A stretch of DNA of 63,966 nt, counting the filler, from Atractiella rhizophila (taxonomy: Eukaryota), in assembly GCA_021432655.1 (NCBI GenBank). It is 4 parts of 4 records of this genome, joined end to end, with 100 filler letters (N's around TTAATTAATTAA, not from the genome) between each part and the next. Parts side by side here need not be neighbours in the genome. Positions count along the whole stretch, not along the records: positions 22,351 to 48,194 come from MU271764.1; 3 more parts are not named here. One strand, 5' to 3'. Numbering within the stretch: the first letter of the stretch is position 1; each line of letters starts with the position of its first letter. The position numbers were made by a program, and so were the translations under genes. Below the pieces are notes generated by a model, which did no database searches, was not told the DNA's origin, and worked only from the letters and a program-made list of their open reading frames with translations. Below, one piece after another: positions 27,703 to 38,845 of this stretch.

Positions 27703-29514
27703 TCAAGCAGAAACCTCTTTTCCCATCGCAGCCTTGACGGCATACTCGCGTCCGATCAAATGCCCAACCTGCTCGATCTTGCCCAAACAACTCTTCGATG
27801 CCTCCTTTCCACACATTCAGCGTCTCCTCCGTTCTCCCTCCTCCAGGTTTCTTGAACACCACTATCCCTGCCGGTCGATCGATCTTCGCTGATACCATGC
27901 CATCGATTACGAGTCGGCTGAGGTGCTTTTCTGTGTCGGTGGGCGGGAGAGAAAGGAGTTGCGCGAGGCGGGGAGAGACGGATGCGGCTGTAGTAAGTAG
28001 AAATGACACGAATGTTCTATCTCCGCTGGATCAACACGAGCGTGAAGCAAATTGAAAAGAAAAGGCGGACATGTTCGATGACTCTTAGATGCAAGTCCTC
28101 CCATCTTCCCTTCTTCAGTTCGTCCGTATCCACCTCCGCAAGGCCAACAAAATCGTGATCCCGTACCATCCTCCCCTCCCTCCTCTCCGCCCAAAGTCGC
28201 TCCCTCCCCGCCTGGAAGTTGAGGAAGAGCTGGAGCGGGAAAGACCGCGGAGCGAGAGAGCATCGAACCGTAGAGGGCATACCGGGCCAACGCATCAGTT
28301 CGGGGGTTGTGAAACACTTGGCAAAGTTGCTGTTCCCACCATGTTCTAGATCAACTGCCTTGTCTCGAGGGTGTATGGATAAAGATGGCGTACATCCACT
28401 CTCCTCTTTCGACCACCTTCTCCTCCCGTGCCAGCCTCTCCAATAAATCCTTTTGTTCATTATCATACGGCGCGAGTGTGACAAAGTACAGTGCGTGTTT
28501 GAGGGCAGAGAGTTTGAGGATCTCAAATTGCTCTTCCGTCATAGTAGATTCGTTGGGTTCCGTTACTGTTGGTGGGCGGGAGGTGCGAAAAATGGAGAGA
28601 TAGTGTCGAGCAAGGGGTAAATAGGACTTTTTAAGAAGAGAAGAGAGGATTAGCAGGTAATGATATTTCAGTTTGAGGTCCTGGCCCAATCCTTGTTATT
28701 AACCGAACTGTGCAGGAAAAACAAGAGGCAAACCTCATTCCCCTCTCCAGCCAACCACCGTGCGTTAATTTTCCTCGCAATAATCTCGAGCTTCTCCCAT
28801 TCTCCGCGAAGCTTCAAAAATCTCATTTGCTCCAGAATGAACGATGTCTTTTCTCTTCTATCCACTGCGCCGAAAGTCTCAATCGCGATCTCTTGAATGA
28901 TCCGTGAAGCTTCTGCTACCTCTCCCTTTGCTTCAAGCATCGCGGAGAGTCTGCGAGTAAGACGCGCTCGTTCCAGCTCTAGAAAGATCTATTGAGCAAC
29001 ATCGCAAGCATCAGGAGATCAGTTCTCTTTGAGCGCGAAGAGATAAAGAAAACAAGGCAGAAACCAACCTTCCCTTCCGTTACATCCCTCAAACAGACCG
29101 TCACTCCCTCCCGCTCTCCTTCCTCCACCTTTCCCGCCTCTAAGAGCTCCATGACTGCTCCAACCATCTTCTTGGTGCTCTCCCTAAGCTGTCCATGCTT
29201 CTTACTCAGCGCCTGGACCTGCTCCTTGAGTTCTTTCCAATCCTTCCTCTCACTCAACAACTTCACGATCGCCAAAAGGATGCGGGTAGTTGAAGGCTGG
29301 TCAGATGCGGAACGGGTCTGTTTTTCGAGTGCCAGTAGGGCAGAGAGCGCTTCCTGCACCTAACATCGTTTGGGTTGAGCATTTTACAGTGATATCAAGG
29401 GAAAGGAAGAAGATTAGGACAAACGTTGCTGACTGCCAACGATTCAACGCGCGGTATCAGCTCGTCCACTTGGCTTGTGAAATCACCCTCTTGCTTGCGC
29501 TGGGGGAGAGACAT
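27703..29514 (-). CDS. RPN5: 26S proteasome lid subunit Rpn5 (PSMD12); 3' half has apparent frameshifts
   Basis: LLALEKQTR, LSKKHGQL, LRDVTEGKI, ERARLT, ETFG..DRREK..FILEQMR, ELMRWPG, RWEDLHLRVIEHNIRVI, AKIDRPAGIVVF (PCI domain). Confidence 0.93.
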
Positions 29515-30051
29515 GCTTCTGCCTTGGCTTTCGTTCTAAAGGGATTTGGCCTTGGTTTGAAAGTGTGAAGTGGTGAATGTTTGAACAGGTTTGAACATTG
29601 CGCGTCGGCGGGCGGGAAACGGATCCGAAATTTCAAGCGGAGCGAGATCTTGCAGGGATTGAGGCATTTCCACCGTCGTGAGTACTGTCTCACTTCCATC
29701 TACTTCAGAAGACTTCAGTGCGTTGAACGTGACAACGCCCTTTTACTGACAAACATTCTGAAATTCAACCCCTTCGAGCCCTGAAGCACACCTTCCCACA
29801 TCAGTTCATCACACGTTTATCACCAATTGAAGTGGGTATTATAGTACATTACATTAGATATAAGTAGACTGGTTCGAGCGAGAAAATTGGACGAGACCAG
29901 TGTAGTTACAGCAAATGATATCGAACAGAATTGACGAACGCTGCCACTTCCAATGATTGCAAACTGATGCTTACGAGAGATGAGATAGATGCCAGCATAC
30001 CTTTGATGCAGGTTTGTGGATTCCCCTCCTAAACTGTCTTTCGTTCTTCCT

Positions 30052-30560
30052 CTACTGTCTGATGACTTCCTCGAGTCGCCTCGTGATCTTCCCTAGAAAA
30101 TTCTCGATCCTCTTGCAACAAAGAGCCAACACCGCCAATGCCCATATGCCGATTACAAGCGGTAACAAGTGTAACACCCACTTGTGATGATCATCCAGGT
30201 GTTCCGAGGTGAACTGGTAGGCGATTATGAGGTGGAAACCCCAAAACAACAATAGAGGAACAATTTGGGCGAATGGTTCGCCAGTCTGATGTCGCTCTGC
30301 CGCTACATGTGCCTTCAGTTTCGGGCCAACGCAGTGGCGAAGAGCTTACCACTATAGGCATCACAGCGTGAACTGACGTCCACCCACATTACCCCGACGA
30401 TGAGGAGGAGGAAGGCGATCCAGAGCCAGAGAAATTGCCCATTCTCTCCTTTCTTTCCTGTCGCCATGAACATCCCAACGGCGGTAGCAATGACGGGAAG
30501 GTAGTCTGGGCTTTTGATCTTCGATGCCTCGTATTGCATCCTATTCTCCCATGCCTTCAT
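30052..30560 (-). CDS. Small orphan ~4-TM protein, paralog A (2 exons)
   Basis: Intron 30303-30349 (GTAAGC...TAG) joins two hydrophobic ORFs in frame. Clear similarity to the 33741-34275 copy (WI.FLLLI.G..WVD; AY.FTSEHL.D.HKW.LHLLPL). Confidence 0.75.
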
Positions 30561-31756
30561 TAAGAGGAGAACAACTCGATCTTCGAGGTGGTTTGGCTGT
30601 CAGACAAAGACAATAAGTAAGCAGGATACTTTGATAAGTTTCGCGCTCACCTCTGTTATAGAACCGTCTCCAATGCCAATGTCGACAGTAATATTTGAAG
30701 GAGGCGATCTGTGGAATATAACATTGTCGCGATGTCTGTCGCACAAGTGAATTGATGCTCCAAAACGACAATAGAAGAAGCACCTCTGTGGTGTCGGTTC
30801 AGCTGCAGACAGGATCAGTCATTTCACCACCGAAGTATGTCTTGACTCACGCTGGACATTTTGAGAAGGTGAAGATATACTTCGCTCATTTATGGCCTTA
30901 GGAACAATGTCCTCCTGCATTGCTCTTAACCCAGACTTTTGTCAGCGTCATCATATATTAAATGTAGGAATCGAAGAATTCACGAACCTTGGTCCCCAAG
31001 TCGCACTTTCATGCCCTGTCTCTTCCTGAGGCAGCGAAAGGGCAGTGGGATCTGAGGTGTTGGTATCCATGGATGGAGCAGAAACTTCGAAGGTATGCGA
31101 TACTGTTTGAACGCGTATGAGCCCTATTCGATACCAAACTAGCTTTCAAGCATGAGGTGCGTCCCAGCATGATGTGAAGGAGCATCCTTAAATATTCGCG
31201 AGTTGAGTTGATAATCAGTTGATAATCGTCTGTGATGGATGGTGGTGAAGAACAATCTCCAAATGAATTAGGCTCCCTTCGTCCAGTTTAACCCAATCTA
31301 ATTCACTGACCATGACACATTTCGAGCGCAGGCGCTCGGTGTCATCGATGTCATCCGTGGATCAACCTGAACTCTATCCTTCATCTTCCCAACGAACCAG
31401 ATCGTTCCGATCTGAAATATGAAGACCAAAGACCAGAACTCCCATAAGTCGGATATACTAGATGCGGCCGGAGGGATGCGCAAGTGGACGCATGTGCCTT
31501 AGGGGTGCGCAGGTAGAGTTGAGGTGCATCTGTCATTGATCAGTGACGAAAGGCGTTGAGGGTGGAGTGGGAAGCAGAATGCCAAAAGCGCCGAAGGATC
31601 CGCCTCAGCGAGAGAGCGAGAGAGTGCTTGGTGAGTCTGTTTCGAGTCTGCGCGCTGTTTTGTCAATCAAGCCGTCCGCTGGATTGGGAATGATCTCAAT
31701 GTGTTTACACTGTTCAGATCCAAAAAGATAGTCCAGAAGGCTTGTGATTCTTCTTC

Positions 31757-33241
31757 ATGGCCCTCACGCAAGCATCTCAGTGGCTGACTCTAACCTTCTA
31801 GACCTTTCGAACAAACAAGACATCGGTTCCCTGGGCTATTGGTCCGTCTCCTCCCACAAGCCAGGATATGGGGTTGAAAACGTACGCTTTTTTCTCCTCA
31901 TTTACATTTCTCACCACTCCGCATCTTCAGCTCGCCGATCCCTCTCTCGAAACGACATGGCAATCCGAAGGCCCACAACCTCACCTAATAAACGTCGTCT
32001 TCCCGCGCCGCGTATCGGTGATGCTCGTATCTTTATACACGGACGTGATTCGTGACGATTCCTATACGCCACACAAGATCAGCATACGATGCGGAACAAA
32101 CCTGGGCGACTTAAACGAGTGCGTCGTTGCCGAGTTGAATCAGCCGAAAGGCTGGCAGCATTTCAGTTTGGTCCATGGACAACTTGGGATGAGTGACTCG
32201 CCTGCGGGTATGTTGGATGACAAGTGCGTACTCTCTTCTTCCTTTCACCCTGCTTTGTTGAAAATGTTTCATGGCAGAGAGAAAGAGAAGGATGTAGCGC
32301 GAATCTCCATCTTACAAATCGCCGTCCTTTCCAATCACCTGAATGGCAAAGACACCCATATCCGCTCCATCCGCATCTTTTCCCCTCTTCCCTCTCCATC
32401 CTCCTCCTCAGATCCCTCTCTCGAAACGACATGGCAATCCGAAGGCCCACAACCTCACCTAATAAACGTCGTCTTCCCGCGCCGCGTATCGGTGATGCTC
32501 GTATCTTTATACACGGACGTGATTCGTGACGATTCCTATACGCCACACAAGATCAGCATACGATGCGGAACAAACCTGGGCGACTTAAACGAGTGCGTCG
32601 TTGCCGAGTTGAATCAGCCGAAAGGCTGGCAGCATTTCAGTTTGGTCCATGGACAACTTGGGATGAGTGACTCGCCTGCGGGTATGTTGGATGACAAGTG
32701 CGTACTCTCTTCTTCCTTTCACCCTGCTTTGTTGAAAATGTTTCATGGCAGAGAGAAAGAGAAGGATGTAGCGCGAATCTCCATCTTACAAATCGCCGTC
32801 CTTTCCAATCACCTGAATGGCAAAGACACCCATATCCGCTCCATCCGCATCTTTTCCCCTCTTCCCTCTCCATCCTCCTCCTCCACCTCCCTCACAACAT
32901 CCCTCTCCCCCAACCCGCCCGCATTCTCCGCTCTCCCATTCCCGGTACCCTCCACGCGAGTCGGTGGCTACGGCGGGGTTGAGGGTGGAAAGATGTACCT
33001 TCCACTGCCTATGTCCATGGGAGGGGCTCTTTTGGAGAAGACGGAGGATATGTTTGAGAGGAGAGACATTCTGAGATCTGCATATGAGGAGAGGAAGGGG
33101 GACATTGAGAAATTGTCAGGGAGAAGTTTGAGTGAGGAGGATCTGGGCTTCGATGACGAGAGCTTGGTGAGAGAATTTGTGAGGGAGATGCCGTTGTGGA
33201 CGAAGAGCTTGAGAGAGGGCAGGGGAGGCAGTATCAGATGA
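31757..33241 (+). CDS. APC10: Anaphase-promoting complex subunit 10 (DOC domain) with an internal in-frame tandem duplication; start uncertain
   Basis: WSVSSHKPGYGVE, TTWQSEGPQPHLIN, DDSYTP..ISIR.GT, LNQPKGW, LQIAVLSNHLNGKDTHIR, C-terminal IR tail. Confidence 0.92.
31937..32883 (+). repeat. Perfect tandem duplication, period 474 bp, inside APC10
   Basis: 31937-32409 matches 32411-32883 by inspection, including the 54-nt intron. Confidence 0.96.
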
Positions 33242-33740
33242 CTTTTTCTCCCTTTTTGTGTTTTGGGTGTGAATGCGCATAAACCATAACGTGTATACTT
33301 CTGGTAGCAAACAGAATACAGACTTATGTGCAATCTCAAGTGTTGTCACATCATGGACGCAAGGAAAATAGACTGAAGTAAGGTTTTCAGGGAGGAAGGT
33401 GGAAAGGCAAGGCGTGCACGCACTCAGGCTGGGGTCCCTTCTTACATGATTTGGCTGCACGCTTATACCTATGAGCTCAAACCTCGAAACCCAGTGCTGC
33501 CACTGGTTTCTGACAATCTTCTTTCGTTAAACGTAGCTGTATTTTCCTCCATCGTACACTACATGAGTTACAAGTAGACCGGTCCAAGCGAGACATCGCA
33601 AGAGAACGAGTGAATGGTTACTAACAAAGGTGAATATCAAGCGCATTGAATGAATGCTGCCACTGCCAACGACTGATACATGCGACAGATGAGCTATGTG
33701 TCCGTTTACCCTTTTATAGGCTTTTTGATACCTCTTAAAC

Positions 33741-34275
33741 TTACGGTAAGCGGCCCCTTGTCCGATGACCTCCCCAGTATGCTACAGCATTCTCCCACCA
33801 TTTCTTAATCCAGTTTCGACTCAGAGTCAGCTTGAAGGATGTCCAGATGACGATGATAAGAGGTAACAAGTGTAGCGTCCACTTGTGGTCATCATGGAGG
33901 TGTTCAGACGTGAAGTTGTAGGCTACAATGAGCTGAATGATCCAAAACACTGCCCAGGGAACGACTTGGCAGTCTGGTTCTCGAGTGTTATATCGTCCCT
34001 CCGCTATGTTTACTTTCAGCTTGGATGTAAGGGACAAATAACGATGAGGACCTACCGCTTTGAGAATAGGAGCGCGCAGTTATGTCCACCCAGGCGAGCC
34101 CAGCTATGAGGAGAAGAAAGCAGATCCAACGCCAGATGTACTGTCTATTGTCTGCACTGTCAGAAGGCATGAGCATTCCAACGGCAACGCCCATCATGAT
34201 GACGGCGAGGGAGTCGGCGATTTTAATCGTTGATGGAGATGCCTCGTGCTTTGTCATGTTCTGAATGGCATCCAT
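33741..34275 (-). CDS. Small orphan ~4-TM protein, paralog B (2 exons)
   Basis: Intron 34004-34055 (GTAGGT...TAG) has the same position and phase as in paralog A. Confidence 0.75.
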
Positions 34276-35178
34276 AACGAGGAGAAGGCGGTCCTCAATG
34301 CGGTTTTGCTGTCAGAAAATAAATAAACAGGACAGAGATGATTGAATTTCGTGTTCACCTCGATTAGAGTGCTGTTGGTAACAGCGATATTTGCTGAAGG
34401 CGAGCTCTCGAAAGGTACCGCAGTGGGATTCCTAGCTGCGAGTGAGATGCGGATTGAGAAGGCGTTACATATGAAGCACCTTTGTGGCACAGATTCAGCT
34501 GCATCCAGGTTCAGCCAATTGCATTGCAGATAAATGTAGACGCTCACATTGGATCACTTGAGAGGGTGGTATGTTTTGCCCAGCTTGAGCTTTAAGAATG
34601 GCGTCTGGCCCCAAGCTATGCTCTGTTAGCATCATCAGACACTTCGAGATCAAATTGAAGCACCATTTCTTGGACGTAGTAGGTGCAATGGTATTGAGTG
34701 ACATCGAGCCAGGCGAATTACGTAATGCTTAAACTTTGAAAGTTGAGACGATTTGGTTCAGCGTTGGACCAGGACCGGACGTTGGACGGTTAGTTGGGGC
34801 TGCAGTTGAACTAGATTGCTGAACTTTTGAGCTCCTGAGGCGCTGAGGTTGGAAACATTGGTGAGGTTCCACTCTCTTTTTGAAGAAGGAGTGCGAGTTG
34901 AATGGAGTGCTTGCTGCCAGTGAGCTTAAGCGCGACATATATGTCAGAGCTGTCAGAACTGTAATTCAAATGTGCCATTTCCGCCCGCTACAATCCAGGC
35001 GGGGGAAATTTGACGAAATGTTCCCTGGCGCCATCCCTTCTACTTCTGCATCACTGCCACCCTCGCCATACTATTCTACTCCCACTCCAGGACAACCCGA
35101 CGCCTCGTATCCGCCCTACCAGCTGATCTTTCCGTCGCAGTGAAAACGGTGGATACCTTGGATGGATTTGACCTAGAT

Positions 35179-35829
35179 TGTGAGGCTTGACCTTCTAACA
35201 ATGTAAGATAATATTAAGCTCAAGCGGTAAACGCGAGTTTAAGTAATTAATGTCTCTTCAAGCTAATAGCGAGATTAAGGCTCAACTTTAAGCAGGAGCT
35301 TAAGTGCATGCAACCTCACAGTTATAAGGTTCTGCAAGAACGTTGCGCGGTCTCGTAAACGCGTGTTTAACACGTGGCACAACTCTATTTTACAACAGTC
35401 TATTGAACTGAGGGAACTTACTGGTACTCCGGGCTTAAGTTTTGCGGTCAGGTGCAAAATCAAGCAGTGGAGAGGTGGAAAAAAGCTGAATTTCAATGAG
35501 GAGGAGAGAGGCCTTTTATAGGCTCTCAGGACTCACTTGGTTTGTATGTTACAAGAGGTAAACAAAGCAAACAAAGCGAAATATTAGCTAAAATAGGAAA
35601 AAAGCGAAAAATACATAGTAAGCCATAGAGAATCCCCCATTCCTATTGGAGGGATTCTCTGCCGTCCAAGGCACGGATTCAGATTAATGCTGACTCCTCA
35701 GAAAGGATTTAAGAGGAGGAAAGTGGAGGGGGCCGAAAAAGGCTTATTTCGATGTTTTTTGCTTTAAGGTTCCCGCTTCCAAAATAGGAAACGCTGCGGA
35801 ATCCTTTGTCTTAAGGTACGCATCTCACA
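35179..35829 (-). repeat. 3' LTR (651 bp)
   Basis: TG...CA termini; matches 45312-45963 except one G in a homopolymer. Confidence 0.97.
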
Positions 35830-37142
35830 TATGCCGCAGTGGGATTTCTAGCTGCGAGTGAGATGAGAATCGACAAGGAATTACATGTGAAGCACCTTTG
35901 AGGCACAGATTCAGCTGCATCCAGGTTCAGCCAATTGCATTTCAGATAAATGTTGACTGTTGACGCTCACGTTGGATCACCTGAGAGGATATGTTTTGCT
36001 CGGCTTGAGCTCCGAGAACGGTGTCTGGTCCCAAGCTATACTCTGTCAGTCTCATCAGACACGTTGAGATCAAATTGAAGCACCATTTCATGGACGTAGC
36101 AGATATAACGGTACTGGACGACATCGAGCCAGGCGAATTACGTAATACTTGAAACTTGGTGAGACCTTGATCTGACTATTTAGGCTCAGGTTAGTTGCGG
36201 CTGAGCAGCTGGACTAGATGGCTGAACTTCTGAGGCGCTGAGGTTAGAAACATTGCTGAGGTGCCACTCTCTTATTGATTGGAGAGGTCTCAGCGGAAGC
36301 GCTGAAGCGCAAGCGAAAAAGAGAAAGTTGTGTCAGAACTGTAATTCCAATGTTGCCTTTTCCGCCCGCTCCACTTCAAACAAGGAAGAACGATCAGGAA
36401 ATCCGTGGAAATCTGGCGAAATGTTCCCTGGCGCCTTCCCTTCCAATTCTGCACCACCGCCGCCTCTCACCATACTATACTACTCTCACTCCAGCACAAC
36501 CCGCCGCCTCGTGTCCGTCCTCACGAAAAACATACCTGCAGATCTTGCCGTGGAAGTGAAAACAGTGCATATCTTGGATGGATTTGACCTGGATGATCTG
36601 TTGGATGGCTCCACGCCGAGATGGATTGTGTGGATGATACTAGCTACAAGGCGGAGGAGGGCGGTGGAGTTGTAAAAGGCTGGGTGGTGGAAAGATGGCT
36701 TTCCTTTTGGAGTAAGAGGCTTCATTCTTGTTCTTCTGGTTCAAATGAAGACACGCTTGCATCTCTTTTAAGCGAGTTCTTTTTTCTTTGCATAGATGAA
36801 CGCATTGCACTTTAGTTGACATGATTATGCGTTCTCCCTACCTTCATCTAAGATACGCCACCTGCTTTCTAATCTGTGAGAGTTCAACAGCTTGTGCAGA
36901 ACGAAATCATGAAATCAACACTTTATCGTGGCAAAGAGCAAGATCATTTGGAGCGTTTACAGGAGCGTTAGCCTGCTGCCGGTCTGTGTAACGTTCTTAT
37001 TCTTGCAGTTTCGCAAGGGCAAGAACCTGAACACCAAACTAGAAAAATTCTTATGTACGCTGGAATGCGGCATTGCTCGTTTGGTACTGCTTTTCAACTT
37101 TTCTGGTATGGTAGTAACATTTTCTGCTATGTGCATCCTCGC
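35830..37142 (+). repeat. Diverged paralog of the element's own flanks (34420-35178 + 45969-46490), uninterrupted
   Basis: Collinear similarity, e.g. CCGCAGTGGGATT.CTAGCTGCGAGTGAGATG. The empty site TTGACCTGGATGATCTGTTGGATG at ~36584-36607 corresponds to the split site TTGACCTAGAT|GATCTGTTGGATG. Confidence 0.92.
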
Positions 37143-37943
37143 AGGACCCCGGCCTAACGCTAAGAGGTCAGATAAAAGCCATACAGGTTTAGACCCAGTT
37201 TGGACACGAGGGTTTTACCCCAAATTTGACACTTCTGCATCTAACCCAAATTTCGGATCGCATTTTGGACACAAACTAATCTAACCTGGAGAGACAAGTT
37301 TGATGGTTGATAGGGCATAAATTGCAATTCATATACATTTGTAAACCATTCTAGGTCGATTCTGAGCCAATAGAACAAAGGGTGTAAAGAGAAGTTCTCG
37401 CTGGAGGGGGACAACCTTACTTCTGCTGGCACATCTTTCCAACAATGTCTCTTCCCGACTCAATGAAGCGAACATTTGAAGAGTTAACTGGTTGTTCTAT
37501 ACGCACAAGAGCACGGACGGATCACTGCTTGAGACCTTCAAAACAAATCGGTGAACGAGAAGTGAAGACATACAGATCACAGTCACTGGGCTGACTGAGA
37601 GCACCTCCTCCGATCGCCCAGAGGTAACCTGGCCAAGGTCTTCTTCCACCTGCCGTTGCCTCAGCAGCTTCTTTCTTTCTATTCCCAGGGAAGGTAGGAT
37701 TCTTTGGGGCAGCTGAATACGCCAGTGTCGAGCAGATCACAGCTGGCGCACTCATTCGCATTAACTCATTCTCGTTACTGCCGCGTTGATCAGTCGGGTT
37801 AAGTGGAGGTCAATTTTCGACTCTTGATTATTCCATATTATTCTCAATCGCCATGGACGGAGGACTCGCACAAGGATAAGCTTGCAAGTATCATTGACCA
37901 TTCGAGGCTACACATATAATAAGTACTCGCAGGAAAGAAGAGG

Positions 37944-38845
37944 ATGCCAATGCCCACCATTCCACTCTATCTATCCTCCGCCTCCTCATCCAAGTCCAAC
38001 AATCGTCCTCCCCCGCCTCCTCCCAAGAATCCTTCTCACCATCTATCCGCATCCAGCCATCTATCCCCTACCACCCCCAACTCCCACGGATCGTCAAGTG
38101 GTCATTCCAATGAGCACTTGGATAGGAATAGGAGCCCAGTAAGGAGAAGGAGGGGAGAAGAGTTGAATGATTCCCTGTCGACGACGAGCGAAGAGCTGGA
38201 CTCTGACGAGAGCGCGGGGACACGGTTGCAGCATGTCGATACGACTACTTCTGCGCCACCTTTTCCGAATGGAAGTGGGAGTGAGGCTGGGGTGCGGGAA
38301 GCAAAGGTGCGCAATCTTCCGCCACGAGATAGAGGAAGTGGGAATGGACGGAGTGCTGTCACGCTTGAGCGGAGTGGCAATACACTGGGGATCATGAGCG
38401 GAGTGGCAATACACTGGGGATCATGAGCGGAGTGGCAATACACTGGGGATCATGAGCGGAAGTGGAAGTGGTAGTTGGAGCAAGAATGGAACTGGGAGTG
38501 GTCTAGGGATGGGCCGACGCATCCAGCGCCGCCAAAACGCAAATCCATCCGTCTACCCTCCTTCAAATCCACATTCAACCGCACGCTCCCTCTCCCTCCT
38601 CTCCTCCACTCCCCTCTCATCTTCATCCCCCTCTCCCTCCCCTAATTCTGCCTCTCATGCGTCCACCCCATTCACCTCCCGCTCTCCATACAGGATTCTC
38701 CCCGGCCTCTCCTTCTCCACAGACCACCTTCCCTCCCTCCGCTCCATCCGCAAAGTTCGTTCCTCATACACCACTCCCCACCCCTCCTCAACCACACCCT
38801 CAGACTTTCTTTCCGGGCTAAGCCAAGCATTCAACAAAGTATGGC
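37944..38845 (+). pseudogene. 5' fragment of a host gene (Ser/Pro/Gly-rich) inside the element; frameshifted and truncated
   Basis: ORFs 37944-38426 and 38452-38853 become one ORF if the 29-bp repeat is reduced to one copy. It ends where it meets the pol sequence. Confidence 0.7.
38366..38460 (+). repeat. 29-bp tandem repeat x3 plus 8 bp
   Basis: TGAGCGGAGTGGCAATACACTGGGGATCA at 38366, 38395 and 38424. Confidence 0.96.

Noticed and set aside
35275..35496. Identical 73-aa ORFs at 35275 and 45408
   Set aside because: Incidental ORFs inside the two LTRs, starting at a non-ATG codon.
35179..35829. Independent solo LTR
   Set aside because: Its flanks (TAGAT / TATGC) do not form a TSD, while TAGAT matches the far side of the LTR at 45963.
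38366..38460. 29-bp repeats (and the 77-bp repeats at 22478) as a CRISPR-like array
   Set aside because: Head-to-tail copies with no unique spacers, no cas genes, eukaryotic context.
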